Assembly (NCBI GenBank): GCA_002840435.1
Contig: PHAT01000005.1
Location: 36,460-100,459, forward strand
Direction: 5' to 3'
Source of the DNA: Deltaproteobacteria bacterium HGW-Deltaproteobacteria-6
Lineage (GTDB): Bacteria; Desulfobacterota; Syntrophia; Syntrophales; Smithellaceae
Length of the DNA: 64,000 nt
Below the pieces are notes generated by a model that did no database searches, was not told the DNA's origin, and saw nothing but the letters and a program-made list of their open reading frames with translations. The translations under genes were made by a program, and so were the position numbers. Below, one piece after another: positions 28,179-39,970 of the stretch. Every line of letters starts with the position of its first letter. Position 1 is the first letter of the stretch.

Positions 28179-29156
28179 TTACGCCAAATAATGTTTGAGA
28201 TGTTTTTTGTAATATTCCCTGGTTACGACAAGCCCGGCATCCAAATCAAATTGGGGCGCCCAATTAAGATACTCTTTAATTTTTTTGTTGCTGATCACGG
28301 CATTGCCCACCTCCGTCGATTTTCTGTCCTTGGGCCATTCGATATATTTTATGCTTCCACTGCCCATGCACTTCATCGTTTTTTCCGCAATCTCCGCAAC
28401 GGTGTAATGATGATCTCCCACGGCAAAAAGCGCCTGCCCCTGTGTTTTTTCCGAAAGAGCGGCGGCAATCAATGCATTGACGGCATCATCGACAAAAATC
28501 ACATTTCTCAGTTGGTTCCCTTCGCCGAAAATATCAATATTCTTACCCTGCATGGCAAGTCCCACGAAATAATTGTTAAAAGTAAAACCGGCGCTGTGGA
28601 TACTGGCTCTCGGACCATACACGTTTGACAAGCGGACGACCGCCGCGCGCAGCATGTAAGCATTCGCATAGATAAGAACATATTTCTCCGACACGGATTT
28701 ATTGGCAGAGTATATATCGGTGGGGAATTCGGGGTGTTTTTCATCTGCGGGCTCGTATTGCAATTTACCCAACTGCGTACTTGTTCCGAGTTGAATAAAT
28801 TTCACATCGGCGTTGAATCGACGAACGGCTTCCAATAAATTAATGACGCCGCGCACATTGACGTCCATATCAATCCAGGGTTCCCGCATGGAAAAGGGAT
28901 GAGATGTCGAGGCCGCGCAGTTAAAAATAATATCTTTCTTAACCACTCTTTCTACGATTTGGTCATAGTCCAAGATATCATGATAGCAGAGCTCCACGGA
29001 ATCTTTTATATCATGGATATTATAAAGCTTACCGCCCGAGCGTGTATCCAGGCAATCATAAATTGTGACATCCGCCCCCATAGCCAGGCACTGATGTGCG
29101 AGGTTGCTGCCGATAAAGCCCAATCCGCCGGTGATTAAAACCTTTTTTCCTTTCAT
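28179..29156 (-). CDS. NAD-dependent sugar epimerase/dehydratase (SDR)
   Basis: MKGKKVLITGGLGFIGSNL and YSANK motifs. ATG at 29156 is preceded by GAAGGAG. The track start at 29213 overlaps the upstream gene. Confidence 0.75.
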   Translation of the reverse strand: MKGKKVLITGGLGFIGSNLAHQCLAMGADVTIYDCLDTRSGGKLYNIHDIKDSVELCYHDILDYDQIVERVVKKDIIFNCAASTSHPFSMREPWIDMDVNVRGVINLLEAVRRFNADVKFIQLGTSTQLGKLQYEPADEKHPEFPTDIYSANKSVSEKYVLIYANAYMLRAAVVRLSNVYGPRASIHSAGFTFNNYFVGLAMQGKNIDIFGEGNQLRNVIFVDDAVNALIAAALSEKTQGQALFAVGDHHYTVAEIAEKTMKCMGSGSIKYIEWPKDRKSTEVGNAVISNKKIKEYLNWAPQFDLDAGLVVTREYYKKHLKHYLA

Positions 29157-29184
29157 AAAAACTCCTTCAATTTCCCGGAACAGA

Positions 29185-29820
29185 TTATGACGATTTTTTC
29201 CTGGCTCTGACAAATATCATGAGGTTCCGATCACCTTTCCAGTTAAAACGGGACAATTCATCCACTTCAAATCCGATTCTATGCAAAAGCGCACGAATTT
29301 TATTTTCGGTATAACAATTCTTATGGAACTGCCCTTCGCTGTTCTGGGGTCCGAATATACTGGCGGTCAAGTATCCCCATCGACTTTCCGTTGAATATGA
29401 ATATTGACCAAACCAGTGCTGAGCGGCAATTGCCTCCGGATCATTGCGGAAAAAATCCTTCCATTCGTCCTTTGCCTGCAACCAAAGCCGGACGGTTTCT
29501 TCGAAATCCGGGACCGAAAATTCGAAACAGCCGCCGGGAGACAATACGCGCTTTACTTCCTGGAAAATTTTACTTTCCTCCAGAAAAGACAGATGCTCCA
29601 GCAGAGAATCGGCCCGAATCAGCGCAACGCTGCCGTCGGGAAAAGGGAGATTGAAGATGTCATACTGGTATACTTCAACACCCTCCGGAAATACAGTGCC
29701 CGGGTAACGCACTTTCATTTGTTCTATTGTATCCAAATCAACATTGATATATCCCGGCAGGGGACGGCCACCGCAGCCCAGATTGATTCTAATATCGCTT
29801 TTCGGTATTTTATTTTCCAT
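29185..29820 (-). CDS. Class I SAM-dependent methyltransferase (Methyltransf_11-like)
   Basis: 211 aa with INLGCGGRPLPGYINVD motif I and LSPGGCFEFSVP post-I motifs. Confidence 0.65.
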   Translation of the reverse strand: MENKIPKSDIRINLGCGGRPLPGYINVDLDTIEQMKVRYPGTVFPEGVEVYQYDIFNLPFPDGSVALIRADSLLEHLSFLEESKIFQEVKRVLSPGGCFEFSVPDFEETVRLWLQAKDEWKDFFRNDPEAIAAQHWFGQYSYSTESRWGYLTASIFGPQNSEGQFHKNCYTENKIRALLHRIGFEVDELSRFNWKGDRNLMIFVRARKKSS

Positions 29821-29887
29821 TGCAATTCCACCTTCTCTGAGAAATGATCGTGTTATCAGGCTGTCCGCCTCTGGACATAGATGAATC

Positions 29888-31009
29888 TTACTTTCTTTTC
29901 AACACCTTTTTAATTCCGTCGCAAACTCTGACAATCTGGTCTTCCGTGAGATTTCCGGCGCAGGGAAGATTGACGCCCCTTGGCGAAATATCATAACAGT
30001 TGACATTCCGCTTTTCATATTTTTCCTGAAACCCGGGATAAGCCGGCATGGAGGATAATGGATAGAAAAAAGGCCGGCAGGGTATTTCCAGTTCAGCCAT
30101 TTTCCTGATCACATCATTTTTATCCATCTTATAGGATTTGCCGATAATAATCGTCGGCATCCAGGCTCCATGGATTCCTTCCACCGGATCCGGATTGATT
30201 TCAATATCGTCGACATCCCGGAGGTTCTCCCTGTAAAGCCTGAGCTGGTTTCTCTTATTGATCAGCAGTTCCTCAATTCTTTGAAACTGCGCGTAGCCCA
30301 GAGAGGCTGACAGATTGTTCGGCATGTATTTATACGTCACCTCGTAATTATAATACATGCCGACCTCGGTTCTTCTGCCATGATCGCGGAGAAATTTGCA
30401 CCGCTCGAATAATTTGTCATCATCAATAAGCAGCATTCCCCCCTCGCCGGTCGTGATGGTCTTGGTCCGGTGAAAGCTGAACGTGGAGGCAATTCCGAAT
30501 TTTCCAGCCTTAACGCCTTTATATGTCGAGCCAAGGGCCTCAGCGGCATCTTCAACCAGGGGCAGGCCATGTTCACTGGCAATCTGAAGCAATTCATCCA
30601 TCAGCGGCATATTGCCGAATAATCCCACCGCCATGATCGCTTTGGTTTTCGGCGTAATGCTTTTTCTCACCGACTCGGGATCCAAGCACCAGTGCACGGG
30701 ATCGATGTCACAAAAGACCGGGATGCCTCTCAGATAGGTAATTCCCGCGCCGGTCGCAATCCAGGTGCAATCGGGAAGAATAACTTCGTCCCCATCGGAA
30801 ATCCCCATTCCAGTCAATAACAGGTGAATGGCCGTCGTGCAGCTGGGCGTCATCAATCCGTATTTTCGATTATGATATGCCGCAAATTCCTTTTCGAATT
30901 TCTCACAATAGTCAAAAGGGTGTTCATACCAGCCGTTGCGCATCATGTCTTCCACGACCTTTATTTCGTGCTCCGTAATCCAGGGTCCCGCAAAAAATAT
31001 TTTATCCAT
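29888..31009 (-). CDS. DegT/DnrJ/EryC1/StrS-family PLP-dependent sugar aminotransferase
   Basis: 373 aa with fold-type I aminotransferase features (SCTTAIHL, FSFHRTKTITTGEGG with the PLP lysine). Confidence 0.8.
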   Translation of the reverse strand: MDKIFFAGPWITEHEIKVVEDMMRNGWYEHPFDYCEKFEKEFAAYHNRKYGLMTPSCTTAIHLLLTGMGISDGDEVILPDCTWIATGAGITYLRGIPVFCDIDPVHWCLDPESVRKSITPKTKAIMAVGLFGNMPLMDELLQIASEHGLPLVEDAAEALGSTYKGVKAGKFGIASTFSFHRTKTITTGEGGMLLIDDDKLFERCKFLRDHGRRTEVGMYYNYEVTYKYMPNNLSASLGYAQFQRIEELLINKRNQLRLYRENLRDVDDIEINPDPVEGIHGAWMPTIIIGKSYKMDKNDVIRKMAELEIPCRPFFYPLSSMPAYPGFQEKYEKRNVNCYDISPRGVNLPCAGNLTEDQIVRVCDGIKKVLKRK

Positions 31010-31047
31010 GGCCTTATCCTTTAATCCTTATCCTTTAGAAAAACACC

Positions 31048-31524
31048 CTACCGTATTCTAATGCCTTCCGTCCAATCATAGTTGATTTCCGGATCATCAT
31101 GCGGAATTCTAACCTCATCGCCCGTATCGTATGTACCGGATGTCACATAGATGATATGCATGGGTCCGTTGATACACCGGTATCCATGTAAAATGCCCGG
31201 CGGAAATCCGTATGCCTGCGGCACCTGATAATCACCGGAAAGAAACTCCATTTTTTGACGATAGGTGGGAGACTCTTTCCGCATGTCGTACAATACAACC
31301 TTAATCAGACCCGACAGCACGTAATTCCACTGTGTTTGAATTTTATGGGCATGCCACGCTTTAACAGTCCCCGCATAAACGAGCGAATGGCTCACCTGAC
31401 CGATAATCGTGGAATCTTCACCGCAGCCGCAAATAATTTCCCTGAAAAATCCCCTGTCATCGGTGTGTGTTTCAATCTTTTTAAAGACGACACCCGCTAT
31501 AGCGGCATCAATATGATTCATCAT
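31048..31524 (-). CDS. RmlC-like cupin (NDP-4-keto-sugar epimerase or ketoisomerase)
   Basis: 158 aa with HTDDRGFFRE and KAWHAHK motifs resembling the dTDP-4-dehydrorhamnose 3,5-epimerase fold. It sits between two DegT genes. Confidence 0.6.
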   Translation of the reverse strand: MMNHIDAAIAGVVFKKIETHTDDRGFFREIICGCGEDSTIIGQVSHSLVYAGTVKAWHAHKIQTQWNYVLSGLIKVVLYDMRKESPTYRQKMEFLSGDYQVPQAYGFPPGILHGYRCINGPMHIIYVTSGTYDTGDEVRIPHDDPEINYDWTEGIRIR

Positions 31525-31552
31525 CTCACGACAGCCTCCTGTTCCGTCCTCT

Positions 31553-32689
31553 TCATCTTTTAAAGAAACGTTTTACCGCACCGATAACCACAGATATTTC
31601 CTCCATACTCAATTCAGGGTACATGGGTAAGGACAGAATTTCGGTTGCCGCCCTTTCGGTGCGGGAAAGATCGTACCGCTGCAGATCGGACGATTGGTTG
31701 AATGCCGGCTGCAAATGCACGGGAGTCGGATAATGGATGGCGGCCATAATGCCCTCTGCCTTCAAATACGACAGCAACTGGTTCCGTTCATGACTTTTCA
31801 CGACATACAGATGATAGACGTGACCATCCCCGGGACGTCGGGCAGGGACCATACAATCCGTTTCGGCCAGCCCGCTGTTATAGGCATCCGCGATTTGAAG
31901 ACGTTTGCCATTATCTTCATCCAGATGCCGCAGCTTGACGCGCAGTATCGCCGCCTGAAGCTCATCCAGCCTGCTGTTCCATCCAAAAGACTTACTGACG
32001 TAACGCTCTTTCCACCCGTATTGCCTTAATTGCCGGACCTTTTCGGCCAGCTCGACATTATCGGTCACGACCATTCCGCCATCACCGATGGCCCCCAGAT
32101 TTTTTGTGGGATAGAAACTGAAACACCCCATATCGCCATAGGCGCCGCACCTTTTATACGATCCGCGGCCGCCGCCATGCGCTTGCATGTTCCCGCAAAA
32201 CGCACCATGCGCCTGCGCGCAGTCTTCGATGACCCGCAGATGATGTTTTTGAGCAACAGCAAGAATGTCTTTCATCAGGGCGGCCTGCCCGTAAATATGG
32301 ACCGGAACCATTGCTTTTGTTTTTGCCGTTACGGCCTGCTCAATTTTCCCCGGATCGATGGTGAAGTACTCATTTTCGATATCGACGAAGACAGGCTTTG
32401 CTCCGGCCAGGATAATAGCCGTTATCGTCGCCACCGCCGTGTGCGAAACAGTTATCACTTCATCCCCCGGACCGATGCCGCACGCGGTCAATGCGAGATG
32501 CAGGGCTTCCGTACCACTTCCGACGCCAATGGCGCAGGAGACACCGGTAAAAGACGCAAATTCCTGCTCAAAAGCGCTTACTTCATCTCCGAGAATATAA
32601 TATCCCCCATCAAGCACAGCGGCAATGGCTGAGTCGATTTCCTCTTTATAAGCAACATACTGGGCTTTGGGGTTAGCGCATAAAATCAT
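31553..32689 (-). CDS. DegT/DnrJ/EryC1/StrS-family sugar aminotransferase
   Basis: 378 aa with GSGTEALHLAL and FSFYPTKNLGAIGDGG (PLP lysine) motifs. Confidence 0.8.
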   Translation of the reverse strand: MILCANPKAQYVAYKEEIDSAIAAVLDGGYYILGDEVSAFEQEFASFTGVSCAIGVGSGTEALHLALTACGIGPGDEVITVSHTAVATITAIILAGAKPVFVDIENEYFTIDPGKIEQAVTAKTKAMVPVHIYGQAALMKDILAVAQKHHLRVIEDCAQAHGAFCGNMQAHGGGRGSYKRCGAYGDMGCFSFYPTKNLGAIGDGGMVVTDNVELAEKVRQLRQYGWKERYVSKSFGWNSRLDELQAAILRVKLRHLDEDNGKRLQIADAYNSGLAETDCMVPARRPGDGHVYHLYVVKSHERNQLLSYLKAEGIMAAIHYPTPVHLQPAFNQSSDLQRYDLSRTERAATEILSLPMYPELSMEEISVVIGAVKRFFKR

Positions 32690-32719
32690 TGTAAAGGTCC
32701 AATCGTCCGTTAAAGTGAA

Positions 32720-33946
32720 TTACTCTCTGATTTTAATCTCCGGAACATAAACGATCCATTTGCCGCCGGAAGCCATAAAGTCACTCTCTTTCGCCATAAT
32801 CTCCTTTTCATGATTGTAGGCAAACAGCAGCGCATAATCCGGATAATGCTCTTTGAAATATTGATGGGACAGAACCGGTATATGGGCTCCCGGACTGAAT
32901 TTCCCCTGTTTGATCGGTGTCGTGTCGCAGATATAGTCAATATGTTTGTCGGTGATGCCGCAGAAGTTAATGATGGTCGTGCTCTTGGATGTCGCCGCAT
33001 ATCCGACGATGCTTTTCCCCTTTCCCCGGATGTCATTCAGAATCGTCATCAGGTCCGTGCGAAACCGATCGCAGTTGATTTTGAATTGATCGTACGTTTC
33101 ACGCCGGTTGAGGCCCAGATGCTCCTCTTTTGCCAGTTGGCGGGACAGGCGGGGAGATATTGTTCTCTTTCCCTTCCCCGCAATATAATACCGCATGGAC
33201 CCCCCGTGAGTGATTTGCGGTTCGACGTCAAATATTTCCATATCATGCTTTTTCAGGAGATATTGGATTGACGAAACGCAAAACAGGAAAACGTGTTCAT
33301 CATAAATTTGATCATAGGTTGTATTTTCGATAACATCCCCGAGATAAGGGTCTTCAAACACAACGACGCCCTCCGGCTTCAAGAGCTGTTTCATCCCCGC
33401 GATAATGGAATGCAGATAGGGGATATGGCACATGACGTTGGCGGCCAGGATGGCATCGGCAGGTCCATATTCAGTCAATATTTTTTTTGCAAGATCTTCG
33501 TCAAAGAAAGCTGAAATTGTATTAATGCCGTTTTCCCGGGCAACCAAGGCCACGTTTGCGGAAGGCTCAATGCCCAGATGGCGGATGCCGGCTTTCGCGA
33601 AATTCTGGAGCATGATGCCGTCATTGCTTCCGATTTCCACAACAAAGGGATCTGACGATTGGATGTAATCCCGCCGGACATTTTCCGCAAACATCCGGAA
33701 ATGATTAATCATGCCTTGAGAGGTCTGCGAAAAAAATGCGTAATTTTCATTGAACATGATTTCGCGTTCAGGTTGATTCAATAATTGAAACATGTTGCAG
33801 TTTGAACATACCCCTGCTTCCATCTCATAAAAATACTCATCAGAAAATTGGCTTTGCGTCAAAAAGCCATTGGCAATCGGCATTTTGCCAAACGACATAA
33901 ACGGTTCATAGGGTTCACCACATATTCTGCAATGGTTAACGGCCAC
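32720..33946 (-). CDS. NDP-hexose C-methyltransferase-like protein (Zn-ribbon + SAM MTase + C-terminal sugar-nucleotide domain; TylC3 type)
   Basis: CRICG...CSNC Zn domain, VVEIGSNDG motif I, and a C-terminal IVGYAATSKSTT module. GTG at 33946 is preceded by GGAGG immediately after the wzt stop. The track start at 34036 lies inside wzt. Confidence 0.7.
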   Translation of the reverse strand: MAVNHCRICGEPYEPFMSFGKMPIANGFLTQSQFSDEYFYEMEAGVCSNCNMFQLLNQPEREIMFNENYAFFSQTSQGMINHFRMFAENVRRDYIQSSDPFVVEIGSNDGIMLQNFAKAGIRHLGIEPSANVALVARENGINTISAFFDEDLAKKILTEYGPADAILAANVMCHIPYLHSIIAGMKQLLKPEGVVVFEDPYLGDVIENTTYDQIYDEHVFLFCVSSIQYLLKKHDMEIFDVEPQITHGGSMRYYIAGKGKRTISPRLSRQLAKEEHLGLNRRETYDQFKINCDRFRTDLMTILNDIRGKGKSIVGYAATSKSTTIINFCGITDKHIDYICDTTPIKQGKFSPGAHIPVLSHQYFKEHYPDYALLFAYNHEKEIMAKESDFMASGGKWIVYVPEIKIRE

Positions 33947-33957
33947 GGTTTGCCTCC

Positions 33958-35316
33958 TTAATCTATAAAAGAATTTTTTAATGGATAGGTCTGGTTTGTC
34001 CACTCCAATAATGGGCGGACAGCGGCAGGCGGCCACTCCTGCACGTAATTCCTGCGAACACCATCCGGATCCATCGCGTCCAGAACATTAAACGAAACAC
34101 AGGCCTTATCGAGAAAATAAACTTCCAGTTCATCCGTAACCGCCACCTGAACGATAACCTGTCCATCATTCATCAGGTCCGGCGGAATCCGGCAGGTTGA
34201 AACATAAAATCCGGGCGAGCACTTTCTCTGCTCCGGAGGCCGGTCTATGGAATCATTTCGTGAATGAAATATTATTTCCCCCCGATGGTTAAAAAAACAA
34301 CAAGATGTGTTGATGCTGTTCATGTCCCGAAGGACTGCATATTTGATTTCAATGGCAATGGGATCACGAACATCATAATTTGTGCACGTCCTGCCCTCCC
34401 GATCGACAACACGCACGGAATTGACTCTCACATAATCATTTCCCGGTGCCTTTTTGATATCCGGCCATATTTTTTCTCCAGCGGCGTGGAAGTCTTCCGA
34501 CATATAGCGTGAAACCACCTGAGTGGCAGGTCCGTCTGATTTGATCTGTCCGTCACTGAGCAGAATGACCCTCCCGCAAAGGCTTTGAATGGCCCCCATA
34601 TTGTGACTCACGAACAGGATGGTCCTCCCGCCCTCTTCCGAGATATCCTTCATTTTCCCCAGACATTTTTTTTGAAACTCAGAATCCCCGACAGCCAGCA
34701 CCTCATCAATAACAAGAATTTCCGGTTCCAGATGTGCGGCAACGGCAAAAGCAAGGCGGACATACATCCCGCTGGAATATCTCTTAACCGGCGTATCGAT
34801 GAACATCTCTACCCCGGAGAAATCAACGATTTCATCAAATTTCGACGCAATCTCCGCCTTCGTCATACCCAGAATGGCGCCATTGAGATAGATATTTTCT
34901 CTGCCCGTCAACTCCGGATGAAAACCTGTCCCGACTTCCAGCAGCGAGGCAACCCGTCCTTTGAGTTTAACAACGCCTCTCGTCGGCGATGTAATCCTGG
35001 ATATTATTTTCAGGAGAGTCGACTTGCCGGCGCCGTTACGCCCGATGATGCCAATCCGCTCTCCATAGTTCACCGAGAAATTAATGTCCTTCAGCGCTAA
35101 AAAGGTGCCGTCATCATAGGTGCCGGAGCCATCAACATGATTGGCCTGATACCGGCCTGTCGAATTCAGATTGATTTTCAGATTGGGATCATCTTTTCCT
35201 CTGATTCGGGCCCACCATGACTGGATATCGCGAAAAAGATATTGATGCCCGATAATACCCAGACGATATTGTTTTGATAAATTTTCAACCTTAAGAACAA
35301 TGTTGGACATAACCAA
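33958..35316 (-). CDS. wzt: O-antigen/polysaccharide ABC exporter ATP-binding protein Wzt with a C-terminal carbohydrate-binding domain
   Basis: 452 aa with Walker A GRNGAGKST, signature YSSGMYVRL and Walker B ILVIDEVL, plus a ~170-aa beta-rich C-terminal extension. Confidence 0.8.
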   Translation of the reverse strand: MVMSNIVLKVENLSKQYRLGIIGHQYLFRDIQSWWARIRGKDDPNLKINLNSTGRYQANHVDGSGTYDDGTFLALKDINFSVNYGERIGIIGRNGAGKSTLLKIISRITSPTRGVVKLKGRVASLLEVGTGFHPELTGRENIYLNGAILGMTKAEIASKFDEIVDFSGVEMFIDTPVKRYSSGMYVRLAFAVAAHLEPEILVIDEVLAVGDSEFQKKCLGKMKDISEEGGRTILFVSHNMGAIQSLCGRVILLSDGQIKSDGPATQVVSRYMSEDFHAAGEKIWPDIKKAPGNDYVRVNSVRVVDREGRTCTNYDVRDPIAIEIKYAVLRDMNSINTSCCFFNHRGEIIFHSRNDSIDRPPEQRKCSPGFYVSTCRIPPDLMNDGQVIVQVAVTDELEVYFLDKACVSFNVLDAMDPDGVRRNYVQEWPPAAVRPLLEWTNQTYPLKNSFID

Positions 35317-35328
35317 ACCCTGGGCACA

Positions 35329-36192
35329 TCAGATGGTATCTGAAAATGTCTTCTCGACCCTGTTAAATAATAATAACCCGACGAAAAAAATAACGACCGT
35401 CATCATGATGCTGATCATCCAATGGCCGGGATGAACTATTCCATTACCTAAAAAAGCGAACCTGAACATATCAATTATCGGCGCCATCGGATTAAGCATG
35501 TATAAAAAAAGATAGCGATCCGGAACGCTGGAAACAGGGTAAACAATAGGCGAGGCATACATCCAAAGCGAGACGACAAAACCGACGGCAAAATTCAAAT
35601 CCCGGTATTTCGTTGTTAATGACGATACCAGAATACCGATTCCCAGGCCGAGAAAAGCCATCTGGATAATCAACAACGGAACGATTATGAGCCACTTATT
35701 GGGATAGATGGGAGCCCCCTTCGCGATGAAGAAGAAATAAAAGCAAAGAAACAATATAAACTGAATGAAAAACTGGATCATATTGATCAGTGCAACTGAT
35801 AAAGGCACGGTTAATCTGGGGAAATAGACTTTGCCGAAAATATTCGCATTCGTAATAAAAGTACTGGATGTGTTTTTCAGGCAGTCTGCAAAATAATTCC
35901 AGGCAACAATTCCGGATAAGTAAAAAAGAAAAGGCGGAATCCCATCCGTTGGTATCTTTGCAACTTTGCCGAACACAACGGTAAAAACAATGGTCGTAAA
36001 AAGAGGCTGGATAACATACCATAAAGGCCCCAAAACCGTCTGCTTATAGAAAGCGCTGAAGTCCCTTTTTACAAAAAACAGCACCAGATCTCTGTAATTC
36101 CAGAGTTCCCTGAAATGAAGATCAAACCAGCCTGTCTTCGGTCTGATAATCTGATCCCATGTTTGATTTTCAATTTGGTTGGTCATCATCAT
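35329..36192 (-). CDS. wzm: ABC-2 type polysaccharide exporter permease Wzm
   Basis: 287 aa with about 6 TM segments and the ABC-2 N-terminal motif (LFFVKRDFSAFYKQTVLGPLWYVIQP). Directly upstream of wzt. Confidence 0.8.
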   Translation of the reverse strand: MMMTNQIENQTWDQIIRPKTGWFDLHFRELWNYRDLVLFFVKRDFSAFYKQTVLGPLWYVIQPLFTTIVFTVVFGKVAKIPTDGIPPFLFYLSGIVAWNYFADCLKNTSSTFITNANIFGKVYFPRLTVPLSVALINMIQFFIQFILFLCFYFFFIAKGAPIYPNKWLIIVPLLIIQMAFLGLGIGILVSSLTTKYRDLNFAVGFVVSLWMYASPIVYPVSSVPDRYLFLYMLNPMAPIIDMFRFAFLGNGIVHPGHWMISIMMTVVIFFVGLLLFNRVEKTFSDTI

Positions 36193-36257
36193 TCCTTATC
36201 ATGAAGGAGAGAGGGCGTGCCATTTTACTTGAAATTTGCAGAGCCCTTCCGGCTTGG

Positions 36258-38171
36258 TCAGTTTCGGTGTCGTTCGGATATAATTCCGTCCGCAAGCAGT
36301 TTTTCCAGAATGCCGCCGACAATATCTTCAGGGCTGAATATCTCCGTTTCGGCCACCATCTCGGCATTGGCCGGCTCCTCATACGGCGAGGATATTCCCG
36401 TAAAATTGTTGATGGCGCCGCTCATGGACTTCTTATACAGGCCATTGGGATCACGACGCACGCATATATCCAGATCGCACTTGACGTAAATTTCATAAAA
36501 GCGATCCGGCGGGAAAAGGGATCTGGCAAACAGTCTGTCTTTTGCAAAGGGGGAAATGAAAGTACAAATAACGATGTTCCCGGACTCAAAAAAGAGTTTC
36601 GCTGTTTCTCCAACCCGGCGGATATTTTCATGCCGATCATTTTCCGAGAAACCCAGATCGCCGCACAAGCCGTGCCGGATATTGTCGCCGTCAAGCAGCA
36701 CCGTCTGGCATCCCGCCTGATAGAGCTTCTTCTCCAGATTTTTGGCAATAGTCGATTTTCCGGAGCCTGAGTATCCGGTCAGCCACAGCACAGCGGCCCG
36801 GTGTCCGTTTCTGGTTTCCCTCTGCTCACGGGGGATGTTCCATCCGCCCCAGACGATATGGGGCGACTTGGGCCGATGAGCGTCTTCGGTTTCCTTTTTT
36901 TCACGGATATCATCGATCGCCCTGGCAACCCCGCGGATCATGCCGCCGGCGACGGTGTGGTTGGTCAATGGATCGATCAAAATGAAACTGCCCGTACTGT
37001 GATTCATCTTGTATGCATCGAAAAACACCGGGGACACCGTTACAATGTTGACCCGTCCGATTTCATTGAGCATCAGTGTATCCGTTGATTCCCGATGAAG
37101 CGTATTGACGTCTATCTTGTACAGAATGCCGGCGATATGCGCTTTTACGGAATTGGTTGTCTGCTTGAGGATATAGGTCGAGCCGGGAATCATGGTCTGT
37201 TCATCCATCCAGCAAATCACAGCTTCAAAGGAATGGCCGACCTGGGGGATGTTATTTTTTCTGACGATCATGTCCCCCCGGCTGATGTCAATCTCATCAT
37301 CCATGGTTAAGACGACGGATTGCGGCGCAAAGGCCTCCTGCAGTTCACCATCGAAAGTCTGAATGGCTTTAATCGTTGTGGACTGACCGGACGGCAGAGC
37401 AATGACAGCCTCTCCCGGACAAATGGTGCCGGACACAATCCGTCCCGCAAAGCCCCTGAAATTAAGATCGGGCCTGATCACGTACTGAACAGGGAAACGG
37501 AAATCAACCAGGTTTCGGTCCGCCGACACATGAAGGTTCTCCAGATAGTGCAGCAGAGTTCCCCCTTCATACCAGGGCATGTTGGCGCTTTTTTCAACAA
37601 CATTATCGCCTTTCAAGGCGGAAACCGGAATGAAGGTGACGTCATGTATTTCCAGTTTTTCAGAAAAATCCCGATATTCGTCGACAATGCGGTTATAGAT
37701 GTCTTCGGAATAGTCCACGAGATCCATTTTGTTGACCGCAACAACCATGTGGGGAATCTGAAGCAGGGATGCAATAAAGCCATGCCGCTTGGATTGTGTT
37801 AATACGCCGTTTCTGGCGTCGATCAGGATGATGGAGCAATCAGCGGTCGACGCTCCGGTAACCATGTTTCGGGTATACTGGGTATGACCGGGTGTATCCG
37901 CGATGATGAATTTTCTCGTCGGGGTTTCAAAATAGCGATAAGCCACATCAATGGTAATGCCCTGCTCGCGTTCGGCAGAAAGACCGTCAAGGAGAAGGGC
38001 CAGATCGACATCTCTGTACCCTTTCTTGATGGACGTTTTCTTGATGGCATCATACTGATCTTCAAAGATGGATTTCGTTTCAAAAAGCAGACGGCCGATC
38101 AGTGTGGACTTTCCATCATCCACGCTCCCCGTTGTCGTGAAACGCAGCAGAGATTTTTCCCGGTATTTCAT
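36258..38171 (-). CDS. cysNC: Bifunctional sulfate adenylyltransferase subunit 1 (GTPase) / adenylylsulfate kinase (CysN-CysC fusion, NodQ-like)
   Basis: 637 aa with G1 [20 protein letters not shown] and NKMD motifs. The C-terminal APS kinase domain has the P-loop [11 protein letters not shown]. Confidence 0.9.
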   Translation of the reverse strand: MKYREKSLLRFTTTGSVDDGKSTLIGRLLFETKSIFEDQYDAIKKTSIKKGYRDVDLALLLDGLSAEREQGITIDVAYRYFETPTRKFIIADTPGHTQYTRNMVTGASTADCSIILIDARNGVLTQSKRHGFIASLLQIPHMVVAVNKMDLVDYSEDIYNRIVDEYRDFSEKLEIHDVTFIPVSALKGDNVVEKSANMPWYEGGTLLHYLENLHVSADRNLVDFRFPVQYVIRPDLNFRGFAGRIVSGTICPGEAVIALPSGQSTTIKAIQTFDGELQEAFAPQSVVLTMDDEIDISRGDMIVRKNNIPQVGHSFEAVICWMDEQTMIPGSTYILKQTTNSVKAHIAGILYKIDVNTLHRESTDTLMLNEIGRVNIVTVSPVFFDAYKMNHSTGSFILIDPLTNHTVAGGMIRGVARAIDDIREKKETEDAHRPKSPHIVWGGWNIPREQRETRNGHRAAVLWLTGYSGSGKSTIAKNLEKKLYQAGCQTVLLDGDNIRHGLCGDLGFSENDRHENIRRVGETAKLFFESGNIVICTFISPFAKDRLFARSLFPPDRFYEIYVKCDLDICVRRDPNGLYKKSMSGAINNFTGISSPYEEPANAEMVAETEIFSPEDIVGGILEKLLADGIISERHRN

Positions 38172-39097
38172 TAAAAATATCCCTCTTTCTTTTTCTGTTC
38201 CATAGAGGAATCACTGGTAAGATCGATGATGCGGTTTTCCCGTTCCGATTTTCGCGCCGCCTCCACCTCTCCAATGATATCATCAATCGTGCTGGCTGAC
38301 GAGGCTACGGCGCCGGTGCAAGGAATGCAACCCAGGCTGCGAAAACGGCATAAAAGCATTTCAACATCTTCCCCGGCAATCATCGTTTTTTTGCTGAGCT
38401 TCGCGCTGGAAACGGATGATGCCGGCACGAGGATGCCGTCGCGTTTCACAACTTCGCGTTTCTGCGCAAAATAAATAGGAACAATGGGTATGCGTTCTTT
38501 CTTGATATATTGCCAGATATCCTGCTCCGTCCAGTTGCTTAAAGGAAAAACACGAACAGTCTGCCCTTCATTGATCCTCGTGTTATACAAATCCCAGAGT
38601 TCCGGGCGCTGATTCTTCGGATTCCACTGCCCATGCGCGTCACGAAGAGAAAAGATTCTCTCCTTTGCCCGTGATTTCTCTTCTTCCCGCCGTGCGCCGC
38701 CGAAAGCCGCGTCAAACCCGTGCTTCCTGATCGCGTCCAGCAAGGCGCCTGTCTTTAAATAGCTGCAGCATTTATCCACGCCGATGTCCAGGGGATGACA
38801 GCCCCTGGCAATCCATTCTTCATTTCGCTCGATAATGAGCCGCGCGCCGATTTCTTTGCAGAATTTATCGCGAAAGACATACATTTCAGGAAATTTATAC
38901 CCCGTATCCACGTGCATCAGGGGAAAGGGAAAGGGGCCGGGATAGAAAGCTTTTTGAGCTATTCTGACCATGACACTGGAATCTTTTCCAACGGAATACA
39001 ACATAACCGGATTCTTGAATTCAGCCACTGTTTCACGCATGATGTGAATTGATTCCGATTCAAGCTGGTTAAGGTATGAAAGACTGTATGAACTCAT
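38171..39097 (-). CDS. cysD: Sulfate adenylyltransferase subunit 2 CysD (NodP-like)
   Basis: 308 aa with PAPS-reductase-fold motifs ([23 protein letters not shown]). 1-nt overlap with cysNC. Confidence 0.9.
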   Translation of the reverse strand: MSSYSLSYLNQLESESIHIMRETVAEFKNPVMLYSVGKDSSVMVRIAQKAFYPGPFPFPLMHVDTGYKFPEMYVFRDKFCKEIGARLIIERNEEWIARGCHPLDIGVDKCCSYLKTGALLDAIRKHGFDAAFGGARREEEKSRAKERIFSLRDAHGQWNPKNQRPELWDLYNTRINEGQTVRVFPLSNWTEQDIWQYIKKERIPIVPIYFAQKREVVKRDGILVPASSVSSAKLSKKTMIAGEDVEMLLCRFRSLGCIPCTGAVASSASTIDDIIGEVEAARKSERENRIIDLTSDSSMEQKKKEGYF

Positions 39098-39111
39098 TAC
39101 ATCCTCAAAAG

Positions 39112-39960
<849 letters not shown>

Positions 39961-39970
39961 GTTATACCAT

